NCBI GenBank assembly: GCA_003562775.1
Contig: PWTU01000339.1
Span: 15,494-79,493, forward strand
DNA from: Ignavibacteriales bacterium
Lineage (GTDB): Bacteria > Bacteroidota > Ignavibacteria > T3Sed10-11
Direction of reading: 5' to 3'
DNA: 64,000 nt
Shown piece after piece: positions 1 through 9,658 of the stretch. The notes below the pieces were generated by a model that saw only the letters and a program-made list of their open reading frames with translations, was not told the origin of the DNA and ran no database searches. The translations under genes were made by a program, and so were the position numbers. How positions within the stretch are numbered: position 1 is the first letter of the stretch; each line of letters begins with the position of its first letter.

Positions 1-292
1 AAGTGTACTCATTTTGAAAGGGCGGCCTAAGTTCATCGAAATGAATCTTTCCCTGAAAAAACTGGTTAACGGCATCCGCCGAATCGAGAGGAATGGATTC
101 AAAAACAAAAATGTACAACAATCTGACCTCACTATCCTCCGGCCATCCTTCGGCAAGCGTAACGGATCCGTCAAAACCCGATTCAAAAACATCTTCGTCG
201 GGATTCAATCCATGATCGCAGCCGGTGAGGAGCAGCAGAAACGGCGCCAGAATGTAAAGCAAATAGAAATATGTCCGTTTCATCGATTTCAT
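1..292 (-). CDS. Hypothetical lipoprotein, 5' part only; the gene runs off the left edge
   Basis: My own minus-strand translation from the ATG at 292 reads MKSMKRTYFYLLYILAPFLLLLTGCDHGL.... This is a signal peptide with lipobox LLTGC. The start lies 5 nt after the metG stop. It is absent from the ORF track because it has no stop in the window. Confidence 0.55.
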   Translation of the reverse strand, partial: MKSMKRTYFYLLYILAPFLLLLTGCDHGLNPDEDVFESGFDGSVTLAEGWPEDSEVRLLYIFVFESIPLDSADAVNQFFQGKIHFDELRPPFQNEYT

Positions 293-297
293 CCGGT

Positions 298-2367
298 TCA
301 CCGCACAGTACTTCCGGGAGACATATTCTTTTCGGGTAAAAGCAATACGGGAGTACCGTTCTCACCTATCGCCGCCAAAACCATTCCTTTCGATTCGACA
401 CCCATTAATTTCGCGGGTTTTAAATTTGCCACTATCACTACATTTTTCCCAATAATATCTTCAGGTTTATACTGTTCGGCAATGCCGGCTACAACGGTCC
501 GTTTTTCGTTTCCAAGATCGATGGAAAGTTTCAAAAGCTTTTTTGACTTTTTCACTTTTTCACATGCAAGTACTTTCGCAATGCGAAGATCAACTTTCAC
601 AAAATCTTCAATATCGACCTGGGGTTTTACCGGTTCGACCTCCGTTTTTTTTGTGGATTCATCTCTGCGGGATTCGCCTTCCAGTCGTTCGAGCACCCGG
701 TTGATCTCTTTATCTTCGATACGCGTAAAAAGGATCTCGCTTTCTCCAAGTTTATGACCGGGGGAAAGAGTAGAAACACCTGCCTTGTCCCACTGCTCTG
801 TATGCAGCGAGGTTAAATTCAACATCTTCCATATTTTTAACGCAGCTGCAGGTAATACCGGTTCAATAAGAATCGCGAGCGTACGTGCTGTTTGCAGGCA
901 TATATGCATCGTAGTCCGGCATCGATCAGGATCGCTTTTTATTGTTTTCCACGGCGCCGAATCGTTAAAATATTTATTCGCCGCTCGTGCAACGTTCATC
1001 ACGGCAAGCAAGCCGTCGCGGAACCGGTATTGTTCGTAATAGTTGCCCACTTCAGCAGGCGCGTTATTTAAATATTCGAGATGAGCATTATCTTCATCGG
1101 TCAACGCCGACAGCGATGGAACTGCATTATCGAAATTTTTCTGTACAAAGGTTAAGGTGCGATTGATGAAATTTCCGAGAATCGAAGCAAGTTCATTGTT
1201 ATTGCGCGCCTGATAATCTTTGAGATAAAAATCACTGTCATGATATTCCGGGAGATTAACCGCGAGTGCATACCGAAGCGCGTCGGCATTCGGAAATTCA
1301 TCCAGAAAATCCTTCAGGTCTATTCCCCAACCGCGGCTTTTCGAGAACTTTTGCCCTTCGAAATTGAGAAATTCGTTTGCCGGCACATTTTCAGGCAAGA
1401 TATATCCACCCTTTGTCATTAACATAGCCGGAAACACTATACAATGGAATACTATATTATCCTTCCCGATAAACGCAACATATTTTGTATCTTCCTGCTG
1501 CCAGTACTTCTTCCAGTCATCGGGACTTCCTTTTCGATTTGCCCATTCTTTTGTCGAGGAAATATATCCGAGCACGGCATCGAACCATACATATAAAACT
1601 TTGTTCGGATACCCTTCCAGAGGAACCGGAACACCCCAGGAGAGATCGCGTGTTACGGCTCGATCCTGAAGTCCATCCTTAAACCAACTCCGGCAATATT
1701 GCAATACATTATCTTTCCATCCATCGCGTTTGTGCCGTTCCTCGACATAGTTCTCGAGTTTTTCCTGATAGTCACCGAGCGGGAAATACCAGTGTTTCGT
1801 TTCACGGAGCACCGGTGTGTTGGCGCAAATTTTACACTTCGGTTCAATAAGATCTTCCTGATTCAGCCAATTGCCGCAATTTTCACACTGATCGCCGCGG
1901 GCGCCCGGATTATTACAATTCGGGCATGTCCCTTCGACATAGCGGTCGGCGAGGAACATGGCATCTTTCTCGCAATACAGTTGTTTTTCCGCTTTTTCTT
2001 TTAATATGCCTTTGGTATAAAAATCGAGAAAGAACTCCTTTGCGGTTTCATGATGAAGCGGCAGCGTTGTTCGGGAATAGTTGTCGAAACTCATATGAAA
2101 GCGCTCGAAAGCTTTTGTATTTGCCTCGTGATATCGATCGACGACCGTTTTCGGAGTCGTTTTTTCTTTCTCTGCAGTTATCGTAATCGGCACCCCATGT
2201 TCATCCGAACCGCAGATAAATACGATATCTCTCCGTTTTAATCGCTGATAGCGCACGTATATGTCGGCCGGAAGATATGCCCCGGCAAGGTGTCCGAGAT
2301 GGAGGTGACCGTTTGCATACGGCAGCGCTGCCGTGACCAATATTCTTTTATGTATTGATGATTTCAA
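298..2367 (-). CDS. metG: Methionyl-tRNA synthetase with C-terminal tRNA-binding (EMAP/Trbp111-like) domain
   Basis: 689 aa. Class I HIGH-type motif (PYANGHLHLGHL), a Zn knuckle (CPNC...CENCG) and a C-terminal KVLACEKVKKSKKLLKL OB-fold tail. TTG start read in the DNA. Confidence 0.95.
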   Translation of the reverse strand: MKSSIHKRILVTAALPYANGHLHLGHLAGAYLPADIYVRYQRLKRRDIVFICGSDEHGVPITITAEKEKTTPKTVVDRYHEANTKAFERFHMSFDNYSRTTLPLHHETAKEFFLDFYTKGILKEKAEKQLYCEKDAMFLADRYVEGTCPNCNNPGARGDQCENCGNWLNQEDLIEPKCKICANTPVLRETKHWYFPLGDYQEKLENYVEERHKRDGWKDNVLQYCRSWFKDGLQDRAVTRDLSWGVPVPLEGYPNKVLYVWFDAVLGYISSTKEWANRKGSPDDWKKYWQQEDTKYVAFIGKDNIVFHCIVFPAMLMTKGGYILPENVPANEFLNFEGQKFSKSRGWGIDLKDFLDEFPNADALRYALAVNLPEYHDSDFYLKDYQARNNNELASILGNFINRTLTFVQKNFDNAVPSLSALTDEDNAHLEYLNNAPAEVGNYYEQYRFRDGLLAVMNVARAANKYFNDSAPWKTIKSDPDRCRTTMHICLQTARTLAILIEPVLPAAALKIWKMLNLTSLHTEQWDKAGVSTLSPGHKLGESEILFTRIEDKEINRVLERLEGESRRDESTKKTEVEPVKPQVDIEDFVKVDLRIAKVLACEKVKKSKKLLKLSIDLGNEKRTVVAGIAEQYKPEDIIGKNVVIVANLKPAKLMGVESKGMVLAAIGENGTPVLLLPEKNMSPGSTVR

Positions 2368-2394
2368 TGGTTCCTCGTTAACTGTATGAAAGTG

Positions 2395-2436
2395 AAAAAG
2401 AGTCTGAACTGCATCTCTCCCCGATGTCCAGACTCT
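2395..2436 (-). terminator. Rho-independent terminator after holB
   Basis: 8-bp stem AGAGTCTG (2399..2406) / CAGACTCT (2429..2436) with a 22-nt loop. A U-run follows on the minus-strand transcript (A-run 2395..2399 on plus). Confidence 0.55.
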
Positions 2437-2465
2437 GCGATTTACATTTTCTCCGACCGTCGAAT

Positions 2466-3593
2466 TTACCGCCGGAGGATGAACTGTCGTATATCGAAAG
2501 CAAGATTTAAGAGAACAAGTGAAAGGTAGATATTTTTTTCCACAAGAGCAATTGCCCGTTCTATTGCATAAATGACCGATGTCAGCTCGGCTTGATGAAA
2601 ATGTGTTATAAATTTATCAAGCGGCTTCCGTTGATCGAGATTGATAATTGCGTCGCCGTTCTCGTTCTGCAGCATCAATGCATCGCGAACCCATAAATTG
2701 AGCAACATAAGCGATCTCACTACATTGTAACGATCTTTGGGACCGAGAAAATCCTCAATCTCTTTCATCCATATAGACGGCGATCGAGCAAGTATACTTC
2801 GCAATAAATCGATCATTTCTTCACGCTGCGAAACAAGATCGGTGCCGGTAAGTTCCAGTGCGCGCTGAAAACTACCGTTAGCCATCTTTGATATTAGTAT
2901 CGCCTGTTGTTCCTCGTTGGTGTTATTTTTTTCCATTAATCCCTTTTTAATTTCTTCCTCCCGTAGTAATTCGAATCGAACCATTTGACAGCGCGATATG
3001 ATGGTGGGTAATAATTTATCATGGTTTGACGTGGTGAGGATTAAAACGGTGTTCGGCGTCGGCTCTTCGAGTGTTTTTAACAATGAATTCGCGGCGTTAT
3101 CATTCATCTTATCGGCGCCGGAGATAATGATTACCTTTTTACCGCGTTCTGCACGTGCAAGATTGATTGATTTTCGTAGCTCCCTAATCGAATTAATTTT
3201 AATGGTATTTGCTTTCGATAAACTGATACGATAATAGGGATTTTCGGATTTACGGCCGAACGCTTGACGATATTCGGAAATAGCTTCTTGATCGAGATTC
3301 TTAAACGGATCGTCGCCTTCTTTTTCATTCTTCCCCACCGGCATCGGTACAATGAACTGCACGTTCGGATGCTGCAATGAAGATATTCTTCTGCAACCGG
3401 AACATGTATCACACGAATTCCCGTCAATCGGTTGTTCGCAATTTAATAATTTCGCAAATGCAATAGCGGCAGCGTCTTTTCCCGTACCTTCAGGCCCGTG
3501 AAACAAATAGGCATGGGATATTTTACCGGTAGCAAACGACCGCTGTAATATCTTTTTGATCCGTTCCTGTCCTATAACTGAATGCCAACTCAT
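2466..3593 (-). CDS. holB: DNA polymerase III subunit delta-prime
   Basis: N-terminus AYLFHGPEGTGKDAAAIAFAKLLNC followed by a Cys cluster (CDTCSGC) and IIISGADKMN. This is the typical clamp-loader delta-prime layout. Confidence 0.85.
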   Translation of the reverse strand: MSWHSVIGQERIKKILQRSFATGKISHAYLFHGPEGTGKDAAAIAFAKLLNCEQPIDGNSCDTCSGCRRISSLQHPNVQFIVPMPVGKNEKEGDDPFKNLDQEAISEYRQAFGRKSENPYYRISLSKANTIKINSIRELRKSINLARAERGKKVIIISGADKMNDNAANSLLKTLEEPTPNTVLILTTSNHDKLLPTIISRCQMVRFELLREEEIKKGLMEKNNTNEEQQAILISKMANGSFQRALELTGTDLVSQREEMIDLLRSILARSPSIWMKEIEDFLGPKDRYNVVRSLMLLNLWVRDALMLQNENGDAIINLDQRKPLDKFITHFHQAELTSVIYAIERAIALVEKNIYLSLVLLNLAFDIRQFILRR

Positions 3594-5761
3594 TAAAATG
3601 CGTGTCCGATTCCAAAATGAATTGCAATATCTTTAAAAAACGGCCTGTCGAACAGCCATTGCCGATGCGCCGGTTGATCGGGGTCATAGAGCTTAAATCC
3701 GAAATCAATACGCATCGGTCCGATTAACGTATTGTACCGTAAACCGAAACCGGTAGCAAGTGCTATTTCTTGCGGGCGAATATCCGAACCATATTCCCAA
3801 ACATTACCGAAATCCAGAAAGAGCACTCCCCACAGTTTATTAAAATCGATAGGAAATTCCCCAAGATTACGAACTATATTGATCCGGGACTCAATGTTTC
3901 CCTCGATAATCGCCATACCGCCGATGGGCCGATCACGCTCGTCGACCGGTCCGAGTTGTCTGCTTTTCCAACCGCGTACGCTTCCGCTGCCGCCGGCAAA
4001 AAAGCGACGGTGAATGGGGATCGGTGTATCATTATCTTTTGAGTACAATGTTGCATACCCTGCTTTTAATTTCAGACCAAGTATATGATTACGCCGGATA
4101 TCCAGCGGGAAATACCAGCGGCCGGTAAAAGTAGTTTTTATATATTGTGAATACGGTAAATGTTCACCGAGATACGAAAACAAAACCGGCAACACTCCGC
4201 CTTCTTCGATTGTCCCGGAATGGAAAAATCCCTGCGTAGGCGAAAAAACATCATCGGTTCGATCCCGTTGCAATGTAAACGCAATAATTGAGTTAAATTG
4301 CGGTTCTTCAAATCGGCGGTCCGGCGGCAACTGCCGATCGATTTCCTCCGGCGGTATTTCGTCGTCCAGTGTACGCGGAGAAACCCGCTCGAGTGTCCAT
4401 TCTAAAATACCGTACGTAGTTGATGAATATTGATGATTAACTCCGATGCGATTCCGCAATAACGTGTATTGGACATAGGGGTGTTTCTCGAGGATATATG
4501 ATACCCCCCACCGCCCGCTTGTTCTTGTTGTAAAAATATACGGTTGTCTCACTTCGAGCCCTATATCAATGGCGCCGAGAAGCGACGGATCTCTCCAGCC
4601 ATTTTCGTTCAGCACCCGCACGAGTTGTAATTCCTGAACAGATTGCACCCGGAAACGGGATCTGAGCGTCAATATGCGCGCGCCGCCAAGAAAGTTTCGG
4701 TTCGAATAACCGACACCGAGTCCTATGTTAAATGCATTATTTTCATCGTTGACCAGAATTTCGGGAGTTATTTCGTGTTTAGACCGGAGGCGTAGGTTCA
4801 CTATACTCGGTATGACACGCGTCGTGTCATCCGAGGAGGGGATGCGAATATCTATTTTTGCCGATTCGAAAATTCCAAGCCGATTCAGATTGCGTTCGCT
4901 CATCGACCGGTTTGCCAGACTATATGTGTCGCCGGTTTTATATTCCAGCATTCGATAAATAATTTCCGGGCTGACACTGTGTCCCCGGTCCTCCTCGATA
5001 TTTACCTGGATATCACCGAAAGCAAATTGTTCTCCGGGAGTAAAACTCATAATGACAGACGCTTCAGGTTCGTGCCGGGGAAACTCCACATTCACACTAT
5101 CGATTGCGGCTTTTGCATATCCATTATTGTACAACACATCGAGAATTCTTTGAAATTCACGCTCCACAAGATCAATCTGATACGGAATATCAATTTCGAT
5201 CTCCGGTTTTTCGTATATTTTTTGAAGAGTCAGCGAATCTATAGCATCAAGTCCTTTGTATGTTATATTTCGTATGATCCATCGCTCACCTTCGTCTATC
5301 CTAAATGCAAACCGGACCCGCTGCTGATCGAAGTTAATCGCTAGCGAAGTATCGATTGACACATTAAAGAACCCGTTGCCTTCGTAAAAAACTTTTAATC
5401 GAGCAAGGTCCTCACCAACTTGAATGACATCAAAATAATTCGGTTGTCTTCCGAGTTTGGCGCTCACTTTCGTATTGAGCCAGCTTGTAAACCGTGACGG
5501 AGATTTTTCGATCCCGACGACATCACGAAGAACTGCGTCGGAAAAAGAATTATTACCCTCAAAGCGAACGGACCGTATGGTAAAATTATCTTCTGCGTAG
5601 ATGTAAATATCCTGCGCCGTTAGCGGTGTATTGGACAATACAAGAAAGGCGATAACGGCATATACACAAAGTGCAAATGAATTTCTAATGACTACCCTTC
5701 CCCCACCTGAAACACCTCCATTCCGGCATAAAAGGTTACCGGTGTTGCGATGATTATGCAT
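3593..5761 (-). CDS. Omp85/BamA-TamA family outer-membrane protein (POTRA repeats plus beta-barrel)
   Basis: 722 aa. POTRA-like repeats (IRSVRFEGN..., IRNITYKGL...). C-terminal barrel ends in HFGIGHAF with a terminal aromatic residue. Its stop overlaps the holB ATG (TAATG). The exact start is uncertain. Confidence 0.8.
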   Translation of the reverse strand: MHNHRNTGNLLCRNGGVSGGGRVVIRNSFALCVYAVIAFLVLSNTPLTAQDIYIYAEDNFTIRSVRFEGNNSFSDAVLRDVVGIEKSPSRFTSWLNTKVSAKLGRQPNYFDVIQVGEDLARLKVFYEGNGFFNVSIDTSLAINFDQQRVRFAFRIDEGERWIIRNITYKGLDAIDSLTLQKIYEKPEIEIDIPYQIDLVEREFQRILDVLYNNGYAKAAIDSVNVEFPRHEPEASVIMSFTPGEQFAFGDIQVNIEEDRGHSVSPEIIYRMLEYKTGDTYSLANRSMSERNLNRLGIFESAKIDIRIPSSDDTTRVIPSIVNLRLRSKHEITPEILVNDENNAFNIGLGVGYSNRNFLGGARILTLRSRFRVQSVQELQLVRVLNENGWRDPSLLGAIDIGLEVRQPYIFTTRTSGRWGVSYILEKHPYVQYTLLRNRIGVNHQYSSTTYGILEWTLERVSPRTLDDEIPPEEIDRQLPPDRRFEEPQFNSIIAFTLQRDRTDDVFSPTQGFFHSGTIEEGGVLPVLFSYLGEHLPYSQYIKTTFTGRWYFPLDIRRNHILGLKLKAGYATLYSKDNDTPIPIHRRFFAGGSGSVRGWKSRQLGPVDERDRPIGGMAIIEGNIESRINIVRNLGEFPIDFNKLWGVLFLDFGNVWEYGSDIRPQEIALATGFGLRYNTLIGPMRIDFGFKLYDPDQPAHRQWLFDRPFFKDIAIHFGIGHAF

Positions 5762-5836
5762 TTGTTCGAGCTATCCTTCCGAATAATAATACACTTCCTT
5801 CCCGGGAAAAAGCTCGTGTATATTCTATTGAAAATT

Positions 5837-6061
5837 CTATAATTCTGAATCATCTTCGAAGAAAAAATCTTCATCGGTCGGATAATCGGGCCAAATTTCT
5901 TCAATACTTTCGTATGGTTCTTCCGAATCTTCAAGTTCCTGCAGATTTTCAATTACTTCTACAGGTGCGCCGGTCCGAATTGCATAATCAATAAGTTCGT
6001 CTTTTGTTGCGGGCCATGGAGCGTCTTCAAGATACGATGCCAATTCCATTGTCCAGATCAT
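5837..6061 (-). CDS. DUF2795-family small acidic protein
   Basis: 74 aa. YLEDAPWPATKDELIDYAIRTGAPVEVIENLQEL matches the DUF2795 pattern. Confidence 0.6.
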   Translation of the reverse strand: MIWTMELASYLEDAPWPATKDELIDYAIRTGAPVEVIENLQELEDSEEPYESIEEIWPDYPTDEDFFFEDDSEL

Positions 6062-6134
6062 TCACATCCCTCCTTGATAATCATTTCTTCTATATCGTTT
6101 TTTCATAATTTTATAAGTATACACACATTGCATT

Positions 6135-6169
6135 AAAAAAAACCACTGAGTGTATTGAACAATCAGTGG
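6135..6169 (-). terminator. Rho-independent terminator after the M23 peptidase gene
   Basis: Stem CCACTGA (6143..6149) / TCAGTGG (6163..6169). On the minus transcript it is followed by a U8 run (A-run 6135..6142 on plus). Confidence 0.75.
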
Positions 6170-6210
6170 CCGGGAATAAAACTTTTCATATCATAAACGT
6201 TAAAGTCGCA

Positions 6211-7176
6211 TTACTTTTGCTTGTGCAGTTCGAAAGCGAACTCATCCTCTGCTTTATGATAATTTATACCATCAAAAAAGTAATCAATGGGGTTCTGTTT
6301 AACACCGTTATAAATGACTTCATAATGGAGATGCGGTCCGGTAACGAGTCCTGATCTTCCGCTCAAAGCGATAACATCGCCCCGCTTCACCCGATCGCCT
6401 CGATTCACTTTTATTGTAGAAGACAAATGTGCATATAACGTCTTATAACCGAATCCGTGGTTAATGACAATCATTCTGCCATATCCTCCTTGATTCCTTC
6501 CCGCTACCTCCACTATCCCATCTCCAGTAGCATATACCGGAGTGCCGATATCGCACGCGATATCTATTCCTCCATGCACGTGCCATCTCCCATGTACGGG
6601 ATGCCGCCGGCGTCCAAACCCGTGTGGATTATAACGTCCTTCAGCAGGCTTGATTGCCGGTAAATGATTAAAGAATTCCCGGTTGAATTCATATTTCTTC
6701 TCTATTTCTGCAAACGATTCACGCTGCATCTGGAGTTCCCGCTCGAGGCGTTCCATCCAGCGATTTGTCCGGTTTAATAATTCCCGTGAATTTCCGGCTG
6801 CGATTCCAAAATCTGTACTGACACCACCCACCCCTACTCTACGTGTATCATCGTCTATTGTCGGTAAATCGACATATAATCTTAATTCATTATCGCGTTC
6901 TGCAAATTCTTCAAGGGTATCTTCTATTTGGTGTAACTTACCCTCGAATGTTTTTACCTGCTCACGTAACATCTTATTCTCCGTCTCAAGAAATGCCGCC
7001 TGACGGTATCCCAAATCGAGGAAATTATAATAAAAATGATTGGTTATGAGAATTGTACAGAGTGCAACAGCCAATGAACCGAAAAAAAATGCAACTCCTT
7101 TAATCTGAAATCTGCTTATTTCTTTTAATGTACCGGTTTCATGGGAATAATAAAACAGCTTGTCGATCTTTTTCAT
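6211..7176 (-). CDS. M23 (LytM-type) metallopeptidase with N-terminal membrane anchor and coiled coil
   Basis: HGGIDIA...GTPVYATGDGIV...INHGFGYKTLYAHLS...GPHLHYEV gives the HxxxD and HxH M23 signatures. Confidence 0.9.
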   Translation of the reverse strand: MKKIDKLFYYSHETGTLKEISRFQIKGVAFFFGSLAVALCTILITNHFYYNFLDLGYRQAAFLETENKMLREQVKTFEGKLHQIEDTLEEFAERDNELRLYVDLPTIDDDTRRVGVGGVSTDFGIAAGNSRELLNRTNRWMERLERELQMQRESFAEIEKKYEFNREFFNHLPAIKPAEGRYNPHGFGRRRHPVHGRWHVHGGIDIACDIGTPVYATGDGIVEVAGRNQGGYGRMIVINHGFGYKTLYAHLSSTIKVNRGDRVKRGDVIALSGRSGLVTGPHLHYEVIYNGVKQNPIDYFFDGINYHKAEDEFAFELHKQK

Positions 7177-7361
7177 TCCTTCGGTTTATTTTGTTTTTGG
7201 TTATTTGTTGAATTATTCCCCCCCTCTCAATTTTTCATAAATATAACTGAATTAAAAACAGATACATGCGAAGATAATAAAAAGCGAATCATTTGTCAAG
7301 AAAAATCACAGTTATTTTCCTGTAAACACTCCCCTTATCCATTTTTTACTTAACTGCCAAA

Positions 7362-8369
7362 TTATTCGAAGTCATGCTCGAAATAGTCAATTGCCCGGCT
7401 TTTCATTCTCGTTTTTTCCGTAATTGCGTTTTCAAGACGGCTTTGAAATTCCTTGGCGGCATCGTATCCATAGTGTTTTAAAAGATAATTAAGTGCGATA
7501 ACCTCCGTTATAACAGTAACATTTTTACCGGGATATATCGGTAATTTTACTTTTGGTAATTCAACTTCAAGTATTGACATAGTCAGATTATCAAGCCCGG
7601 TTCGAGTATATTCCTCCTTCGTGTCCCAGTCCTCAAGTTCTACTATCACCTCAACCCGCTTCTGAAAGCGGATAGCCCGGATGCCGAACATACTCCGCAC
7701 ATCAATCAAGCCGAGACCTCGAATTTCCATAAAATGCTTAACCAGATCGGTGCCAGATCCCATCAAAATTCCCTCACCTTTACGGGTAACTACAACAACA
7801 TCATCGGCAACAAGACGATGACCACGCTCTACAAGATCAAGAGCAATTTCACTTTTCCCGATACCCGATCTTCCCGTCAGCAAAACGCCTATACCGTACA
7901 CATCGACGAACGAGCCATGTATCACGGTTTGCGGTGCGAACTGATCATCAAGAAAATCGCTTATGAAATAGACGAATTTTGTAGTTGCAAGCGGAGTTTG
8001 AAAAACAGGCACATTGTTCTTTGTCGAGAGATCTAATAATTCATCATCGATCTGGTTATTGTTTGTTATCACAATACAAGGGATATCAAATTTCATCAAC
8101 GTAGAATATGCCCGGCTGCGTTTATCGGGAGTGAGATGATTTAGATACCGAATTTCAGTGTTCCCAACGACCTGCACACGATCGTAGGTAAACAGCTCGA
8201 CGTATCCCGCCAATGCAAGTCCGGGACGGTGAATGTTTTTATCCTGCACCTGATTATTAAAACCAACATCACCGGTGAGACATTTCAATTTCAACCTTTT
8301 CCGGTTTGCATTGAAAAGAAACTCCACCGTTATATGGTCTTTTTGAATCTGTTGTTCTTTATCACTCAT
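7362..8369 (-). CDS. hprK: HPr kinase/phosphorylase
   Basis: 335 aa. Walker A-like LLTGRSGIGKSEIALDLVERGHRLVADD and the downstream MEIRGLGLIDV motif. Confidence 0.9.
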   Translation of the reverse strand: MSDKEQQIQKDHITVEFLFNANRKRLKLKCLTGDVGFNNQVQDKNIHRPGLALAGYVELFTYDRVQVVGNTEIRYLNHLTPDKRSRAYSTLMKFDIPCIVITNNNQIDDELLDLSTKNNVPVFQTPLATTKFVYFISDFLDDQFAPQTVIHGSFVDVYGIGVLLTGRSGIGKSEIALDLVERGHRLVADDVVVVTRKGEGILMGSGTDLVKHFMEIRGLGLIDVRSMFGIRAIRFQKRVEVIVELEDWDTKEEYTRTGLDNLTMSILEVELPKVKLPIYPGKNVTVITEVIALNYLLKHYGYDAAKEFQSRLENAITEKTRMKSRAIDYFEHDFE

Positions 8370-8384
8370 TTTTTTGAGCTCAAC

Positions 8385-8717
8385 TTACGGTTTGGCGTTT
8401 ACCTCCCGGACTACTTTCTTATTTTTTCCCCGGAGTTTATCTTTATATTTTTTTAATTGGCGTTCAAGCTTTTCGACCGACATATCCACCGATTTCAAAA
8501 AATCATCGGAATCGGCGGCGGCGAATAATTTTTCCCTTTTTACCTTCAGCGTCATTTCACAATGCTTCCGGCTGTTTTGCGGGCGTTCATAGTACAATAC
8601 CACCTCACAGCTAATAATACCGTCGAAGAATTTTTCCAACTTTTCGAGTTCTTTTGTTATATGTTCACGAACCGAATCGTGTACTTTGAAATGGCGTGAT
8701 GTTATTTGAATATGCAT
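8385..8717 (-). CDS. hpf: Ribosome hibernation-promoting factor (short HPF/RaiA family)
   Basis: MHIQITSRHFKVHDSVREHITKELEKLEKFF is the canonical HPF N-terminus. I prefer this internal Met over the track start at 8744. Confidence 0.85.
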   Translation of the reverse strand: MHIQITSRHFKVHDSVREHITKELEKLEKFFDGIISCEVVLYYERPQNSRKHCEMTLKVKREKLFAAADSDDFLKSVDMSVEKLERQLKKYKDKLRGKNKKVVREVNAKP

Positions 8718-8756
8718 AGCGTTTCTCCTTCCATAATTGAGCACTTCACTTCACAC

Positions 8757-9635
8757 TTACGCCCGCGGATGCTTCTCCTGATATATCCTTTTCAGGCGAT
8801 CTACGCTGACGTGAGTATAAATTTGAGTCGTTGATAAATTTTGGTGACCGAGGAGTTCCTGTACCGCCCTCAGGTCGGCGCCGCGATCAAGCAAATGCGT
8901 TGCAAACGAATGCCGGATAACGTGCGGGCTTTTCTTTTGCACTTCCGATACCATCGCAATGTATTTTGCAACCACTCTTTGCACCGTCCGTCCGGAAAGA
9001 CGGCGTCCATTTTTATGTGCAAACACAAACGGGGAAGTACTTGCGGTATTCCGGATGTACTTCTTCAAAGCCCGTTTCGCATTATTTCCGAAAGGGATGA
9101 TGCGTTCCCGGTTACCTTTCCCGGTTACTCGAATTGTCATATTGCTCCAGTCAATCGATTCTTTCCGTAATGTTGTCAACTCTGATAATCGAACGCCGGT
9201 GCTGTAAAATAATTCAAGAATTGCCGTATCGCGCACAGCGTTTCTATCTTCATCCGATACCGCTTCGAACACTTCCTCCATATCATTTACATCGACAATC
9301 TGCGGTAGATCCCTTGGAATCTTCGGCGATTTTAACGACCGGGCAGGATTATCCTCCAGCAGCCCTATTTTCAATAAATATCTAAAAAACGATCGAAGGA
9401 CCGTTATTTTACGGGCTATACTTCTTGGACGTATTTCGGCATCGGTAAGTTCCCCTAAAAATAACCTCAATGTAACGGTATCAATTTTCCCCGGATCCAC
9501 TACATCCGTCTCAAAATGATGAGTTAAGAAAAGGTATAATTGTTCCAGATCGGCTTTATAAGCAGCGACAGTGTGAGTGGAATAATTTTTCTCACCTTTC
9601 AATTCATTTATGTACTGCTCGATTAAATACTGCAT
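8757..9635 (-). CDS. Tyrosine site-specific recombinase, XerC/XerD type
   Basis: 292 aa. N-terminal SAM-like domain (HTVAAYKADLEQL, ARKITVLRSFFRYL). Catalytic region has HVIRHSFATHLL...LGHQNLSTTQIYTHV. Confidence 0.85.
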   Translation of the reverse strand: MQYLIEQYINELKGEKNYSTHTVAAYKADLEQLYLFLTHHFETDVVDPGKIDTVTLRLFLGELTDAEIRPRSIARKITVLRSFFRYLLKIGLLEDNPARSLKSPKIPRDLPQIVDVNDMEEVFEAVSDEDRNAVRDTAILELFYSTGVRLSELTTLRKESIDWSNMTIRVTGKGNRERIIPFGNNAKRALKKYIRNTASTSPFVFAHKNGRRLSGRTVQRVVAKYIAMVSEVQKKSPHVIRHSFATHLLDRGADLRAVQELLGHQNLSTTQIYTHVSVDRLKRIYQEKHPRA

Positions 9636-9658
9636 CGCAACCAGCGGTTTACAATCGG

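Noticed and set aside
14-757. Long plus-strand ORFs lying antisense to well-supported minus-strand genes. Examples: 14..757, 21289..21876, 26101..26715, 39086..39625, 45550..46227. The reverse case also occurs, e.g. 48360..48797.
   Set aside because: Each lies entirely inside a gene with strong family motifs on the other strand. Their translations are low-complexity or Arg/Ser/Phe-rich with no recognisable motifs. These are typical shadow ORFs.
2368-2465. T-box or other leader riboswitches upstream of metG, trpS and lysS
   Set aside because: The trpS and lysS upstream gaps are only ~30 nt. The metG upstream gap is explained by the holB terminator hairpin, and I saw no specifier or T-box sequence.
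5786-5800. TTCCCGGGAA palindrome between the DUF2795 gene and the Omp85 gene as a terminator
   Set aside because: It is a 10-bp palindrome with no loop and no U-tract, which is not convincing as a terminator or operator.
8757-9635. Tyrosine recombinase as a marker of an integrated element
   Set aside because: It is flanked tightly by topA and hpf/hprK, with no att-like repeats or cargo genes. Its sequence is XerC/XerD-like.
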